This document shows positions 1-13,635 of a DNA stretch of 64,000 nucleotides, one piece after another; the first letter of the stretch is position 1; each line of letters begins with the position of its first letter. The stretch is from Octopus sinensis (lineage: Eukaryota). Both the position numbers and the translations under genes were made by a program. The notes under the pieces are model-generated. The model searched no databases and was not told the origin of the DNA. It was given only the letters and a program-made list of their open reading frames with translations. Where the stretch lies: positions 105,338,001 through 105,402,000 of the forward strand of contig NC_043001.1 in assembly GCF_006345805.1 (NCBI RefSeq), in the 5' to 3' direction.

Positions 1-18
1 TACCATGTCCTCGTGTTG

Positions 19-70
<52 letters not shown>

Positions 71-327
71 ATATATATATAAGAAATATTGAGTTTCTAA
101 ATCTCTCGTAGAGAGGTGTACGGTGGTGAAGCGATATAATGGTTGTATACTGTCAATCTAACAAGTTCCGGCAGTTGGGGGTGTTTGTCTCCCCTTCGTA
201 TGTGTATATAAGGACACAGGATAAAATGTGTCGAGCTGTCAGGAGGCGTTCGATGCCTCCTAGGGCTATATAACGGTGGTGTACCCCCTACTGTCACGTT
301 CTTGTTAGATTGACAGTATACAACCAT

Positions 328-395
<68 letters not shown>

Positions 396-557
396 GTATA
401 TATATATTTATATATGTATATATATATATGTATATATATATAATATCTCCCACCCCACCCCAAAAAACACAACGAAGATCAAACACAAAAGAATAACAAT
501 GCGAGGACCTGGTACATGTAAAATATTAGCAGACACAAAGGGAAGGAAAGAAAGGTG

Positions 558-592
558 GTTTAACCTTTCGAGCAAAGCTCTTCTTCAGAAAC
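558..592 (-). ncRNA. Minimal hammerhead motif, GAGC/GCUC stem II family
   Basis: GUUU-CUGAAGA-A-GAGC-uuu-GCUC-GAAAG-GUU/AAAC. Confidence 0.62.
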
Positions 593-856
593 TGGAGACA
601 GAGTAAAGTCCAATAGAAAAGGAAGGCGGAGGGGAAAAGTGCGATTACAAATCGCCATAAATTACAAAGGTGTGAATGTTTTGGTACGCTTGAGTTGTAC
701 ATGCGTATATATGGTCGAAGACAAAATAAGACAATACGTTAAATGAAATATAACAGTAACATCATTATTTTTGGTTTATAAACAATACATCAAAAATTTT
801 TTAAAAAGTGAATTGGGAATATGAGGAAAAGTTTTCTAATAAATGTTAACAATAAT

Positions 857-1236
857 ATTCTTTTCTCCTCTAGGCACCGAGTATGGGGCCATTCGATTGG
901 ATCGATCAGTACGCAACTGGTACTTAATTTATCAAACCCGACATGATGAAAGGCAAAGTCGACCTCGGTGGAATTTGAACTCAGAACGTAACGGCAGACG
1001 AATTACCTATTTCTTTACTACCCACAAGGGGCTAAACACAGAGAGGACAAACAAGGACAGACAAAGGGATTAAGTCGATTACATCGACCCCAGTGCGTAA
1101 CTGGTACTTATTTAATCGATCCCGAAAGGATGAAAGGCAAAGTCAACTTCAGCGGAATTTGAACTCAGAACGTAACAGCAGACGAAATACGGCTACGCAT
1201 TTCGCACGGCGTGCTAACGTTTCTGCCAGCTCGCCA
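857..1236 (-). mobile_element. tRNA-derived SINE family A (Meta-domain-like), internally duplicated
   Basis: Head GGCGAGCTGGCAGAAACG, B box GAGTTCAAATTCC, core GCCTTTCATCCTTTCGGG.TCGAT.AAAT.AGTACC present twice. Confidence 0.85.
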
Positions 1237-1267
1237 CCTTGTTAGCAATATTATTAATAATAGAAAG

Positions 1268-1450
1268 GGCGGCGTGCTTACAGAATCGTTACCATCGCGA
1301 GCAAAATGCTTGGTGATAATTCACCCGCCTTTACGTTCTGAGTTGAAGTTCTGTCGACGTCGAATTTGCCTTCCGTCATTTCAGTATTGATCAAATAATT
1401 TACAATTGATCACTTGGTTCGATGTAATCATCTTAACTTCTCTCGAAATT
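1268..1450 (+). mobile_element. SINE family A, degraded
   Basis: Diverged head and core similar to 1569-1805. Confidence 0.7.
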
Positions 1451-1568
1451 ACTTAAAAATTCTCCTGCAATTTTACTAGTGACAAGTATCGTTTTCCATT
1501 GCGACCAGTCTATATGAATGACTGCAAGTAAAAGGGACTGTCCTTGTGGTAATTGTTTTATAGCAATA

Positions 1569-1805
1569 GGGCGACGAGCTGGCAGAAACGTTAGCAAGCC
1601 GGGCGAAATGCTAAGCTGTATTTCGTTTGTCCCTACGTTCTGAGTTCAAATTCCGCCGAGGTCGACTTTGCCTTTCATCCTTTCGGGGTTGATTAAATAG
1701 GTGTCAGTTACGCACTGTGGTCGATATAATCGACTTAATCCGTTTTTCTGTCCTTGTTTGTCCCCTCTGTGTTTAGTCCCTTGTGGGTAGTAAAGAAATA
1801 GGTAT
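1569..1805 (+). mobile_element. SINE family A, full length
   Basis: A-box/B-box head, Meta-like core, tail CCTTGTGGGTAGTAAAGAAATAG. Confidence 0.88.
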
Positions 1806-3654
1806 TTGTTTTATAGTAATTTTACCAGATATGCAAATTTTAAGTAGGGTAATATTCTTTTCTACTCTAGGCTCAAGACCCGAAATTTTTGGGGAGGGTG
1901 CCAGTCGACTTGATCGGCCTAAGTACGCAAATGGTACTTAATTTACCCAACCCGAAAGTAGGGTAGCAAATTTTAATTATAAACCTCACAAATCAATTGT
2001 TTAATAATCCAGAACATCAAATCTTTGTTTCTCTGATTTTATATGGAATAAAGAAATTGGTTACTGTAATACTTTAGCTTTCAGCCCAAGTCTACATTTA
2101 ATTAAATTGATTATATTGTGGCATATTAGTAAATAGAATATTATTCTAATCTTCATCGCGGAAATTAATATCGACTGTATTATATTCTATTCGGTGTTTT
2201 GTGGATATTAGGAAGTTCGAAAACGTTATCATAATGCCATTTCTATTACCGACGGATGTACGCATGTGTTCCACAACGATATCACTTCATACTAAGCGTT
2301 GACATCCATTGGATACGCAGTTATATCTTTAAGTATATTTTAGCCGGAGCTAATGTGGGAAGTAGTGTGTGCAACATACGGGACTTACTTTTCTTCTTTA
2401 TTGTGAGAATTGAAAATATTTCCATCAATATGTCTGTGCGCGATTTGCGATTTCGCAAAGGTTATTCATAGAGAATGTATATATCCATAAGTTGTGTATA
2501 TGTCTATGTGTATAAGCGTATGTGTCTGAATTCATTTATATATGAGCAACAGTTTGCTCTCCGGGCATACAACATGTGTCACGGCAGTTGTTCACAATAC
2601 TTGATTTATGTGCAGTCAGTGGTGTTTCTTTCTGTTTCTGTTCGCAGTCAAATATAATTTCTTGTGAGTATTAAATTATTGTGGATATCATTGATTTGCT
2701 TTGCGACTATTTTTTACAATCATGAACACAGTTGGTATTATTCCTTTGAAACGGTTCACATGATTAATGTCGTTTCGAACACCTCCCTCGTATTGCAAAA
2801 CCTCGTAATACAAGCAAAGGAATAAAGGTCTCTAATCTTGCTTTCCAATATCCTAAAATTGCTTTTAGGAGATTTCTCGTATTACAGGCAAAGAAACAGA
2901 AAGCTGTGTGCTTTCACAACACACATTATGTATATCTAATAGCTGGTACTGCAAGTAAGCTAATGGCACTCATAGCAATCATTTTACGCAGGTGAAGTTT
3001 TTAAAAAGGTTTGAGGCTTTTATATATGAAATACACATACATACAAACACGTATTATTCGGAATTTCCAAAGAAGATTCTAGAAAGAAGAATTTCAATAT
3101 TCACTATTTTACACTATTCATTTTTTTAAACATCTTCTCGGCTAAATAGTTTCATGTTTAGTCTTCGATTTCTCTCGACCTAGGGACATTAAGGGCACCA
3201 GGTCGAAGTTAAGTTGTAAGATGATACCGAACAAGCATTCAAATCTAGGAGCACATACCGCCTTGGCGTTCAGGTCATTAAAGAAGATAATATGCTGACT
3301 ACTCTTGGTCCACTTACTTTGTAACAGTTTCTTATTTATGCTTTTTATCAGCGAAATCCATGGTACCATATGGCGGAAATGCCGATCATATAACAGCGTA
3401 AATTATGTGTCTGCCCATTCATAATTTTGTTTTATTGAAGCTTTACAACCAAGCTGTACATGTCAATAATAGGGGGGCGAAACAAAGACAGTTTGTCATT
3501 TTTCCTATTAAAGAGCAAAAATGGATTCATCTGAGCAAAGAAAGGTAATCATTGGTCCTGTAGAATTTCAAAATATACTATATAGAGTTGCATTTTTAAG
3601 GCGAAATATTTCACTTATCGTAATGCATAAGGTGGGATACCGATGTTCGAAGAA

Positions 3655-4066
3655 AGGCTCATCATTGAAAAATCTTCTGTTTATGGAGGACCAGAAATTG
3701 TTTGAGAAATCTGGAAAACAGATAGATTCCTTGCTCAAAACAGTCCAGAAGTGTGGTAGGGACATCGGTATGGAATTTGGGATTACCAAATGCTCAGAAC
3801 GTAATATGAAACGATGGAAAAAAGTATCCTGTAGAGGATTACGGTTATCATCAGGAGAGACCATGGGAGAACCTGACGGTAGTGGATATAGATATCTAGG
3901 GATTTGGGAGCGACACTCTACACAGAGAAATGCAAGTCAAGATCAACGAGACGTACCAAAAAAGGGAGAAGATGGTGTTGAAATCCAACCTGAATGCAAA
4001 CATTTGATTACCGCAATGAATATCTGGGCAGTTGCGGTGGTCAGATATAGATGTTTGGTCTCGTGA
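3655..4066 (+). pseudogene. Non-LTR retrotransposon reverse-transcriptase fragment, R4/Dong-like
   Basis: LLFMEDQKLF (degenerate FMDDLKL), DIGMEFGITKC, YRYLGI, AMNIWAVAVVRY. Confidence 0.75.
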
Positions 4067-4607
4067 CTAGCAGGAACCGATTAGATTTTGGAATCGATCC
4101 GCTACCGATTATTTTTGCTGTTTATCTTTTTTTTACTTAAGTTTTGAGAGCGGTCAGATTTATTTGTAGTATTCTCTCTTGTGAGAGCATTCGAGTTTAT
4201 TTAAGAAATTCTCGTTTTAAAACTCATCTCCGTTTAATCATTGCCTTGGCGGCGGTTTGCGCTCTGTTAGTGATCTTGTTATTATTGTTTTCAGTCGTGT
4301 TTGTTTGCTCGTGAACAAGATAACTGAAGAACCGCTGGATGGATTCGGATGAAGCTTTCAGAGATGTTTGGCCTCGTGTGACTGGCACGAATTGATTAGA
4401 TTCTGGGATCGATCCGGTACCGAACAAGGATTCTGGGTTACTTTTACTGATTTTTTAAACTTAATTTTTGAGAGCGGCCAGTCTCATCTTTAGTATTTTC
4501 GTTTGTGAGAGCAGTCAAGTTTATTTCTGATATTCTCATTTTAAAAATCGTTTAGAGATCTTTTGTGTTGCCTTGGCAGAGGTTTGCACTCCCTGAGTGC
4601 TCTTGTT
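4050..4607 (+). mobile_element. Two tandem partial Helentron-type non-autonomous elements (HINE-like)
   Basis: Repeated GATTAGATT(T/C)TGG(A/G)ATCGATCCG; both units end CCTTGGC(G/A)G(C/A)GGTTTGC; second has hairpin GCACTC-CCT-GAGTGC (4586-4600) then CTTGTT. Confidence 0.6.
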
Positions 4608-4767
4608 ATTATCATTTTTTACATCATACAGATAGTCTGCAATTCTTCCAATAAAACCAATTTTTGACTAATATCTCTTATAAACAAAATACCGTTACGG
4701 AAAGAATTGTGAAAATCTGGATTTTAGATGACTTATTGAAAAAAGAAAACAAGCAAAACCACTTAAA

Positions 4768-5160
4768 TAGAAATCTTCGTGGCACTTTGTCTGTTACGAC
4801 GACGAGGGTTCCAGTTGATCCGATCAACGGGACAACTTGCTCGTGAAATGAACGTCCAAGTGCCTGAGCACTCCACAGACACGTGAACCCTTAACGTAGT
4901 TCTCGGGGAGATTCAGCTTGACACAGAGTGTGACATGGCTGGCCCCTTTGAAATACAGGTACAATAGAAAGAGGAAGAAAGAGTGATAGAAAGTTGTGGT
5001 GAAAGAATACAACAGGGTTCGCCACCACATCCTGCCGGCGCGTCGTGGAGCTTTAGGTGTTTTCGCTCAATAAACACTCACAACACTCGGTCTGGAAATC
5101 GAAATCGCGATCCCATGACCGCTAGTCAGCTGCCCTACCCACTGGGCCATTGCACCTCCT
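4768..5160 (-). mobile_element. tRNA-derived SINE family C (long form)
   Basis: Head GGAGGTGCAATGGCCCAGTGGGTAGGGCAGC..TTTCGATTTCCAGACCG; central block shared with 20650-20812. Confidence 0.8.
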
Positions 5161-6858
5161 CGGAAATAGTAATAATAGAAATTTTAAAAAAGTAGATGTA
5201 TCTCTGGTTAAAATAAAGAAAAAATAAGCTTTGCAGAGTAGCAACAGTGTTTGTTATATCTAAATTTATGTATTAAAACATTTTGTTAAGATTTTATACG
5301 CTATGATTGTCATCTTCAAAGCATTGAATTTCATCTTCACTGATGCTGTTTTGGAAACTTAGAACATTTTTCTTTAATCTTGATATATTTATAATTTTAG
5401 AAATTTTTGAAGTTTTTCCTCACTTCATCTCACACCTACATTGTAAGCTAATGTCTTTTCCGATCCGTCTACAGCATTACTAATACTAAACTTTCAAGTA
5501 TTTGTCAGTAATCTCTTCCCATGTATCTTATTATGATGCCTTAAATGAGTTGCGTAATGGTGCCGCGGTGGCTGTCCTCATAACTTGAATAGGAGTATAT
5601 TCATCATGAGTTGGATTGTTTATATTCTGAAGACTAGATTACATGCAGATAAATGAAAACTAGATTACATCCTAACCCATTCTACATACACAGAAGAAAC
5701 TTTGACAGGGATGGTAGCAGAAACAAACTTAAAGGCTGCAGTTAAGATCTGAATCAATCAGGTGCCGTTTGGTTTATAATCCCGTCGATTCAACTCCGTT
5801 GCTTGCGTCAGATAAGATATAAACGCATCCACTGCTCTTGAAGATGCCATTTCATCATAATTCAGGAGATTTTATGCATATATTTTCGCTCAAAAAATTC
5901 ATTCCATCTAGATATATTCAGTTATGCGATTTATTGAAGCTGTTCTCTTTTGCAAAGAGATTTTCTTCTAAATACCATCAACGGCGGTACCTGCTGTTTC
6001 ATCTGCAGTGTTTACGAATGCAACAGTTCAGTACGATCTTTTCATTCTTTCAGATTTTTGACCTTTGCGTTTATGATGTATATAATTTAGCAGCTATATT
6101 TTTTGTTAACTGTAGGTTTTGCTTCATACTCATATATCTTACCATATTTTCAAATCAATATATTCGACAGGTTTACCAATGAATTAATATCGCATCCTAA
6201 TGACGGCTCCAGTTCCTATAGATCCCCTGTGCAAGCATTTCACATTAAAGGACCATGTCCTCCCATACAACTCACATTTTACACTTAGCTGAGATATCTT
6301 ACGTATCTATATCATTTTGATGTATCTTCTTACGATTGTTTGATCCTTCGCAGTATCAGATCTTCGTACTTAAAACCCTATGTTCAGTTCATTGAAACTG
6401 CTCCAGATCTCCATATATTTCCGTAACATTTTCTCTTCATACCGTTGTTTTCCAGCTCCCAAAGACTTACTTCAATTCCTTCAGCTAACCTCTTCTCTCT
6501 TCGTACTACCTTCATAAACGCCTCCTCACTATCGGCTGCCTACTTAATAAACAGTTCTACTATTCTTCTACACATTTACTAACGATTATTGATTATCTTA
6601 ATTTATGCTTTCTGCAGAAATATAACCTGCTAACGTCTAAATGAAGAATAATTTCTCTGTGGAAGACTTCGAATTCTACACTACAGACGAAAGAACAAGG
6701 AACAAAACAAGGTTTTTGCTATTCATATATAAAATATAACAATGCGCCGATGAAGCATGGCACGAAAGTAATTTCATTAAGGGCAACGACGACATGTTTG
6801 CGAAACAGAAATTCACCAAAATATAGAGTTTCAAATACTTAAGAAATAATGAATCTTA

Positions 6859-6859
6859 C

Positions 6860-6926
<67 letters not shown>

Positions 6927-6980
6927 TTAATAATAATAATAATAATAATAATGATGATGATAATATTAATAATAATGATG

Positions 6981-7027
<47 letters not shown>
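6859..7027 (+). repeat. (AAT)n microsatellite
   Basis: Direct inspection. Confidence 0.97.
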
Positions 7028-8074
7028 TAAATAAATGAAATAAAATATAGAAAAGAATGCATGGATTGGATATTATAGATGTAATAGTTTAATACTTACA
7101 GAAAGGGAAATGGAAAATATAAGATAATTAACATCGATATATCCTGGTAATAAGTGATATTTATAACCTAAGCTGTAGTACACTAAATGAGCTCGAAATA
7201 TCAAAGATAAAGCAATTAGCGTGGTCTTTGACACCGATGGCTGCGGAGGACAATGAAACGTCATTTAGATATGGATGACTTCAATTTGTAATAATGAATG
7301 ACGAGAGAGACTATGTTAGTGAGATTACACGCGTTTAGTAAAGTTATTGTTATGCGATGCGGATTATAAAAAAAAATACACGATGTCGACATTAATTAGA
7401 GGTAAATTAATAAACATTAAAGAATGTTAATAATGTGCTAGAAGGAGAATAGAGAGCTAGATCAAACTCGGATTTTAAGGGAATATTATTGAAGCATTAA
7501 ATTTATTGTTCGTGTACTAAGCTGCGAAATAAAATTACTATAGAACTGAGAGCGAGATGGCAGAATAAATATAAAAGACATCAATACAATAGTCGTTCAC
7601 GTAATAATATTATATTGTTCTTAACTGGATGTTAAATAAATTAGCAAGATTAGAGAGAAGAAAAGATATAACGACGCTACCTGGAATACACAACTGACGT
7701 CTGATACATGTCAATAATATTTATCAAAAGTACAGAAAGGTAGACGAATGTTATGTAACTATAAAACTATTAGAGTATTCATTGAAGGTTTAAAAAATAT
7801 TTCTTGTAAACAACAACGAAATTCCAATAAAAATAATTTCAAATGAAAAAACAAATTACTTATATGACTCCTTTTTGGGACCAACAAACACAGTGCATTT
7901 GAGGTTACGGGAATTTGGGAAGAGATAAAGAAAAACCAAAATAACTGATATTGTGGAATTTCGAAAATCTAAACTAAATACGAGAAGTGTCTTCTATTAT
8001 GGTTCCAAGGATCAACAAAACAGACTGAATGAGTCCCGTTATATTCATACCTACCTGCCTAAACACACACACGC

Positions 8075-8134
<60 letters not shown>

Positions 8135-8232
8135 TATATATATATATATATATATATACATATATCTATCTATATCTATATCTATATACACATATATATA
8201 TATGTATGTATGTATATAACGGGACTCATTCA

Positions 8233-8290
<58 letters not shown>

Positions 8291-8511
8291 ATATATATAC
8301 TTATATATATATATATATCGGTTTCAGCCATTCAGACTTTTTCAACTGTAAGTGTGGAAAACAATTAAATTTTTGAAGAATTAAAAGGAAAGCTTTTTAA
8401 AAGAATATTTGCATAGTGTTTAAATACAAGGGACATTTTCCTTGTTTCAACCTGTCTCTGTCTCTCCTGTTCAGTCTAGCGGGTTCGAGGTCGTTGTGAA
8501 TTCATGGTAGG

Positions 8512-8592
8512 GAAGAAGAAGAAGAAGAAGAAGAAGAAGAAGAAGAAGAAGAAGAAGAAGAAGAAGAGAAGAAGAAGAAGAAGAAGAAGAAG
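8512..8592 (+). repeat. (GAA)n microsatellite
   Basis: Direct inspection. Confidence 0.97.
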
Positions 8593-8821
8593 CATGTGGA
8601 AATGCCATGACAGTAGTATGTTAAATGGTCAATTGTCCGCTGTGGATGATAGTAGAATGGTCAAGTGACCCGCTGTGGATGGTAGTAGTAATTGATGAAT
8701 TCCTGAAACATCTGTTTTGAATGTTTTGTTCATAAACTTCGCGTAGGTGTTATTCTAAACAACAATAGTGGTAAAGTTAGGAAGGAGGAGGAGGAAGACA
8801 AAGAAGAAGAATAAATAGAAA

Positions 8822-8856
8822 ATTTCTGACGAAGAGCTCTGCTCAAAACGTTAAAT
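8822..8856 (+). ncRNA. Minimal hammerhead motif, GAGC/GCUC stem II family
   Basis: AUUU-CUGACGA-A-GAGC-ucu-GCUC-AAAAC-GUU/AAAU (G12A change). Confidence 0.6.
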
Positions 8857-10769
8857 CCTCTTCTTTTGGTATTGTGTCCCGTATCTATCATTATGTGCTT
8901 ACGTATTGGCTTTAAATTATAATTACTTGGTTCGATTTGTTCCACTGAATCTTTCCATGTGGTGCCCCAGCATGGCAATAGTCCAAAGACTGAAACAAGT
9001 AAACGAGGAGGAAGAAAGGATAAAAAACCGTCCATGTAAGTGTGTATGTAACATTTAATCACGGAATCTTTGGCTGCGAAATCTTTTCCAAGAGAATGTT
9101 CACTTGTAGCGTTCAGAAAACACTGGAAACTATTTCAGCCTTGCTACATACGACCAGAATACTTTTTATAAGTATATACAGGAAAACAGGTTTCAAACAT
9201 GACAATCCAACCCTATTAATCAATGTGCCAACACACAAAGGTAGAGAGATCAATAAGAATCTGTTCGAATGTTGTCGTCACACAAGAAAGGAAGAATTTC
9301 TCTATTGAAGCACTGCTCTAAGTTATCAAAGCATTTTCAAGAATAACAGGGCGTGAACACTGATAAAAAAAAAAGATGCAGAATAAAAATGGAAGCCCAG
9401 ATTTTATAAATATGGGAAACAAGTAAAATAGCAATTTGAACGCACTGCATCAATATTACGTAAATGAAAGGGCAATGGAAGATATGAAATGCAATCTGAA
9501 AGCCGCACGCATCTTAAATTCTTAGTGCTGTGAATGGTAATGTAGTGAAATGAAGCAATTGACCTAATACTAATGAAACAAATATAAATATTAATATAAA
9601 TAATATTTGACATGGTTATTATTAGTGTCCATCAGAATTAACAAATATATAAGAATGATATTTGTGATTGTACTAAGAGGAAATTAGTCTCCTTAGAAAA
9701 ATAGGAATCTAAGTTATGTTGACTGGAATCGTGAACTGACAGCAAAGTTTACGTGCATTTATTTTTGTGCGATAATATTTTGATATTCTCGAATGTTGGA
9801 TTATATTTATTTTGCTTCCCGAGTTTCTATTTAGAGTATCATTTCGTGCAATGATGGCGAAATTAAGTCTGATTGACAATAATCTTCATCAACGTCAAAA
9901 ATTAAAACTGTTCATTTCTGATTAAATCACTTCCACACGTAATCAAATACAAATACACAAACCCAAGCATTCACACACACAAATACACATATATATGTTT
10001 GTGTGTATGTGTGTGTGTATCCGCGCATGCGTGCGTTTGTGTGCGTGTGTGCACGAGTTTGTGTATATGTGCATCAATGTATTTGTATGAAAAAGCGCTT
10101 TATATACTGGTACATACATTGTTCATGGATGGTGGCATAAGGTATGATCATAATTTCTCTCCTTTTATTTTCCAAATCATCCTTATTAGTTATTTAAGAT
10201 TTCATATTATATATTTACCATGTCCTCTCATTCTGAACCCAATAACAGCGTGGTTCTTTATCTTCCACGCCTTCTACTTTGAATAACTATACAGTAGCTA
10301 GTAGATAATAATATACTATTGAAATAATGGTTTCTATTTAGCTTAAGAGGAAAGGGTGAAGGAAGAAAACGAAAAGAATTTTCAAAAAAGACATCAGACG
10401 ATGTCGCTCATGGATATAGAAATAAGCATAAAGAATTTACGTTTGTGGTAAAGTCGGAAACTATCTTTCTTCGTATTCCTTTATAGTATTAAAATATTCC
10501 AAAATGAGTTATTCTTTTGCAGTATCACCTGTTTGTGTAGGTTCCATCTATGTCTTTGAGGATTAGTGGTGTGTTATGTGGCAACCGCGCTACCATTTTT
10601 GAAGATACCACTACGATGGAATATTCTACCTGCACAGATTGGACACATGAGGACTGTTTATATTTCTGTTTAATTTTTGGTTAATTCAAGATTCCTAGGC
10701 GAGAACACATGAGAATTATTTGTTTCTTCGTTTCTTTCTAATTTTATAATATATCATTATAATAATCGT

Positions 10770-10975
10770 TTCAAAATTGGGTGCAAGGCAACCAATTTCG
10801 CGAAAGGTGAATAAGTCGATTGCATAGACGTCAGTGGTTAGCTTGTACTCATGTTATCGACCCCGAAAGGGATGAAAGTTAAAGTCGACCTCACCAGAAT
10901 TCGAAGTGAGGACACAAAGAGAGCAAAATACCAGAAAACGTTTTGCTTAATGCGTTAACGATTCTGTCAGCTATC
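10770..10975 (-). mobile_element. SINE family A, degraded
   Basis: TTATCGACCCCGAAAGGGATGAAAG core, reverse orientation. Confidence 0.7.
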
Positions 10976-11455
10976 CACATTATATGGACATAATAATCTC
11001 AATAACAAATATTTCTCAGTGAATTGAATATTTTCTCTTTCCTACCAATGCCATATCCAAGGAGACCAATTTTCTTTATCTTGATCGACTGAGATTGATA
11101 AATGACTATATACTCAATTAATATGACGTATGTAATCGTTTTCACTTTAAATCCAAGAGAAAGAGAGATAAAGGAGAGAAGAATGGAGTAGTCCACACAT
11201 AGTTGTAGCGTAGGTGGAAATAATTTTCCAATGACTGATATTAAGATGAAAATCTAATTCTTGCAACTGTTAGTAAAACACATTTGAATACAAACTTGGT
11301 CTAATTCATTGAATGGTGACATTATTTCGGTATATGCAACTTTGTGTTACTTTCTATAACTTAACGAGGAAATTTTTTATATGCAAAGGAGGAAACTGCA
11401 GATAAATAGCAAACTAAATCCCAAGATGGAAGAATATAATACTTTTATTAGACGA

Positions 11456-11620
11456 AGGAGTGGTTATGTGATTAGAAGCTCGGTTCCTTACCAGGAACCA
11501 CATGGTTTCGCGTTCAGTTCCACTGCGTGGAAACTTGCTAAGTGCTTTCTACTATAGCTTCGAGCTGATCAAAACTTTTTGAGTGGATTTGTTGGACGGA
11601 AACCGAAAGAAGGCGTCGTA
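11456..11620 (+). mobile_element. tRNA-derived SINE family B
   Basis: GGAGTGGTTATGTG...GTTCAGTTCCACTGCGTGG...CTACTATAGC...GGACGGAAAC; related copies at 13906, 17126, 54418. Confidence 0.75.
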
Positions 11621-11917
11621 TATAAATATGTGTGGCACTGTCGTAGGCGGAGTAATGTGGTATGAAGTTTACTTTCCAACGTCGTGGTTCTTGGTTCTGT
11701 CACATTACGTGATATCTTAGGCAAATATCTTTTACAATAGTACTCCATGTAAATTTATTTTGTAAACACATAAATACATGTATGCGTATACATGCGTGCT
11801 CATCCACTTCACAATTTCAGAGTTGCTTCTCGTTAGCTTCGAAAGTATCAAACTCCATAATATTCAGTCCCATTAAATCGAGAGCGCATAATGTAACTGA
11901 TAAATATTCATTTAAAA

Positions 11918-12125
<208 letters not shown>

Positions 12126-12668
12126 TCACTCTCTATTTGTAAACCTAGAATACTTTTATAATATGTAATTAAACAGAATTTCATATTAACCAATGAAAAC
12201 AGAACATAACATTACATATTCAGTTTATTAGTAGCAATTATTATTACCATTAAATAAGATTTCATTAAAGTGGATAACGCAGATATACATTTAAATACGA
12301 TTATAACTCGAAATATATATTATTATTCAGCAATAAAATGAAGTTAAATGAAATGTATCAATAGCACACACTTTAAACGTTTGCCTTTATTATGAGGTCG
12401 TGCTACCACTTCCAAAACTATAATGCCAAGGTGGAAGGCAAAGCAAGAGGATACACATACGAGAAAGAGTCGTTGAAGGGGTCACAGTATGTGTGACGAA
12501 AAAGTTTCGTCTAAGAAACAAAGAAAAACAAATATATATATATATATATATATATGTAATCATAGAAAGAGTCGTTGAAGACGTCACAGTATGTGTGACG
12601 AAAGAGTTCTATATAAGAAAAAATATATATATATAACCAAGAAAAGAGCAACAAGAATGGATTAGTAG

Positions 12669-12757
12669 TTTAGTACAATTGTTTCATACCAAGAACCATT
12701 TTATTTAAAGCTGCAAGTATTGCAACAAATACAAATGTCCAGTATCCATCAGCTAAA
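12669..12757 (-). ncRNA. Type-I hammerhead ribozyme motif with long loop II
   Basis: UUUAG-CUGAUGG-AUACUGG...UUGGUAU-GAAAC-AAUU-GUA/CUAAA; stem I 5 bp, palindromic ACAAUUGU. Confidence 0.65.
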
Positions 12758-13561
12758 TCACATATATGTTTTCCAGACATCCTAGAGAGTGTGTCTATCC
12801 TCATGAAGTATTGGGAGTGAGTTCTATGAAATTTAAAGTCAAATTATAAGCAGACTCAAATTGCTTTCTAATGATGCACAGTTTTATAAAAAGTTTTTAA
12901 AAAGATTGTTAACTTCCCAGAGAAGGTGAATCTATCCATAAAAATGCAGATATAATTTCCGGAGACATGAGGAAAGCTGTTGGTCACACAGCGGTTCATT
13001 TCACAACTAAGCTGTTGCAAACCGAATTTGGTTGTAGTAGTAAGAAAGCCAGCGAAGCAGATTCAGTTCAAATAAAGGACATTATGGGAGGAAGGGAATA
13101 GGGGAGTAAGAAGGCATAGATATACCACAGACAAAGGTTAGTTTATATCTGTGGTGACAGAAAATCTAGGTCAGTGTTGAAGGAATCTTAGATTTATAAA
13201 AGTTTGACCACCACCAGCTATGAACTGAAACACTCCCAGAGTTAATGGTAGGATAAAGAATACAGAGAGATCAAAGGAAAACATTAAAGGGGTCAAAGGC
13301 CATCAGTAGAGGAAGATACAGTAAGAAAGTTAAGGATAACACTAGAAAAGAAGGTTATTTATTTATTATTGTTGTTTCTATTTTAACTTATGTTTATATA
13401 TTGTAAGAAAGAATTTTGGTCAACATCCAGAGGTCAAATAAATTCAATAGTAAATTGTGGGAGAATTTTATTTATTCAAAGTATATAGTGAAAATTACTT
13501 GTATCCTTAAGGGAATAGTATTATTTATTAAATTTAGAATAGAATTAGGAAATATTATCAA

Positions 13562-13635
13562 ATTTATATGATTTAAGTTAGGTTAGTCAAATTGACAATA
13601 GTCAATTTGACTAACCTAACTTAAATCATATAAAT
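13562..13635. repeat. Perfect 35-bp hairpin with 4-nt loop
   Basis: ATTTATATGATTTAAGTTAGGTTAGTCAAATTGAC-AATA-reverse complement. Confidence 0.95.

Noticed and set aside
6745-6772. CCGATGA..GAAAGTA hammerhead candidate
   Set aside because: Stem I and stem II pairings are unconvincing
5390-7960. Possible LTR-retrotransposon gag/protease remnants (e.g. ISVVFDTDG near 7215)
   Set aside because: Only one weak motif, many stops and no LTRs found; cannot be supported without a search
8690-8720. TTGATGA-ATTCCT-GAAAC-ATCT-GTT hammerhead candidate
   Set aside because: Stem II is missing and stem III is not palindromic; at best a heavily decayed remnant
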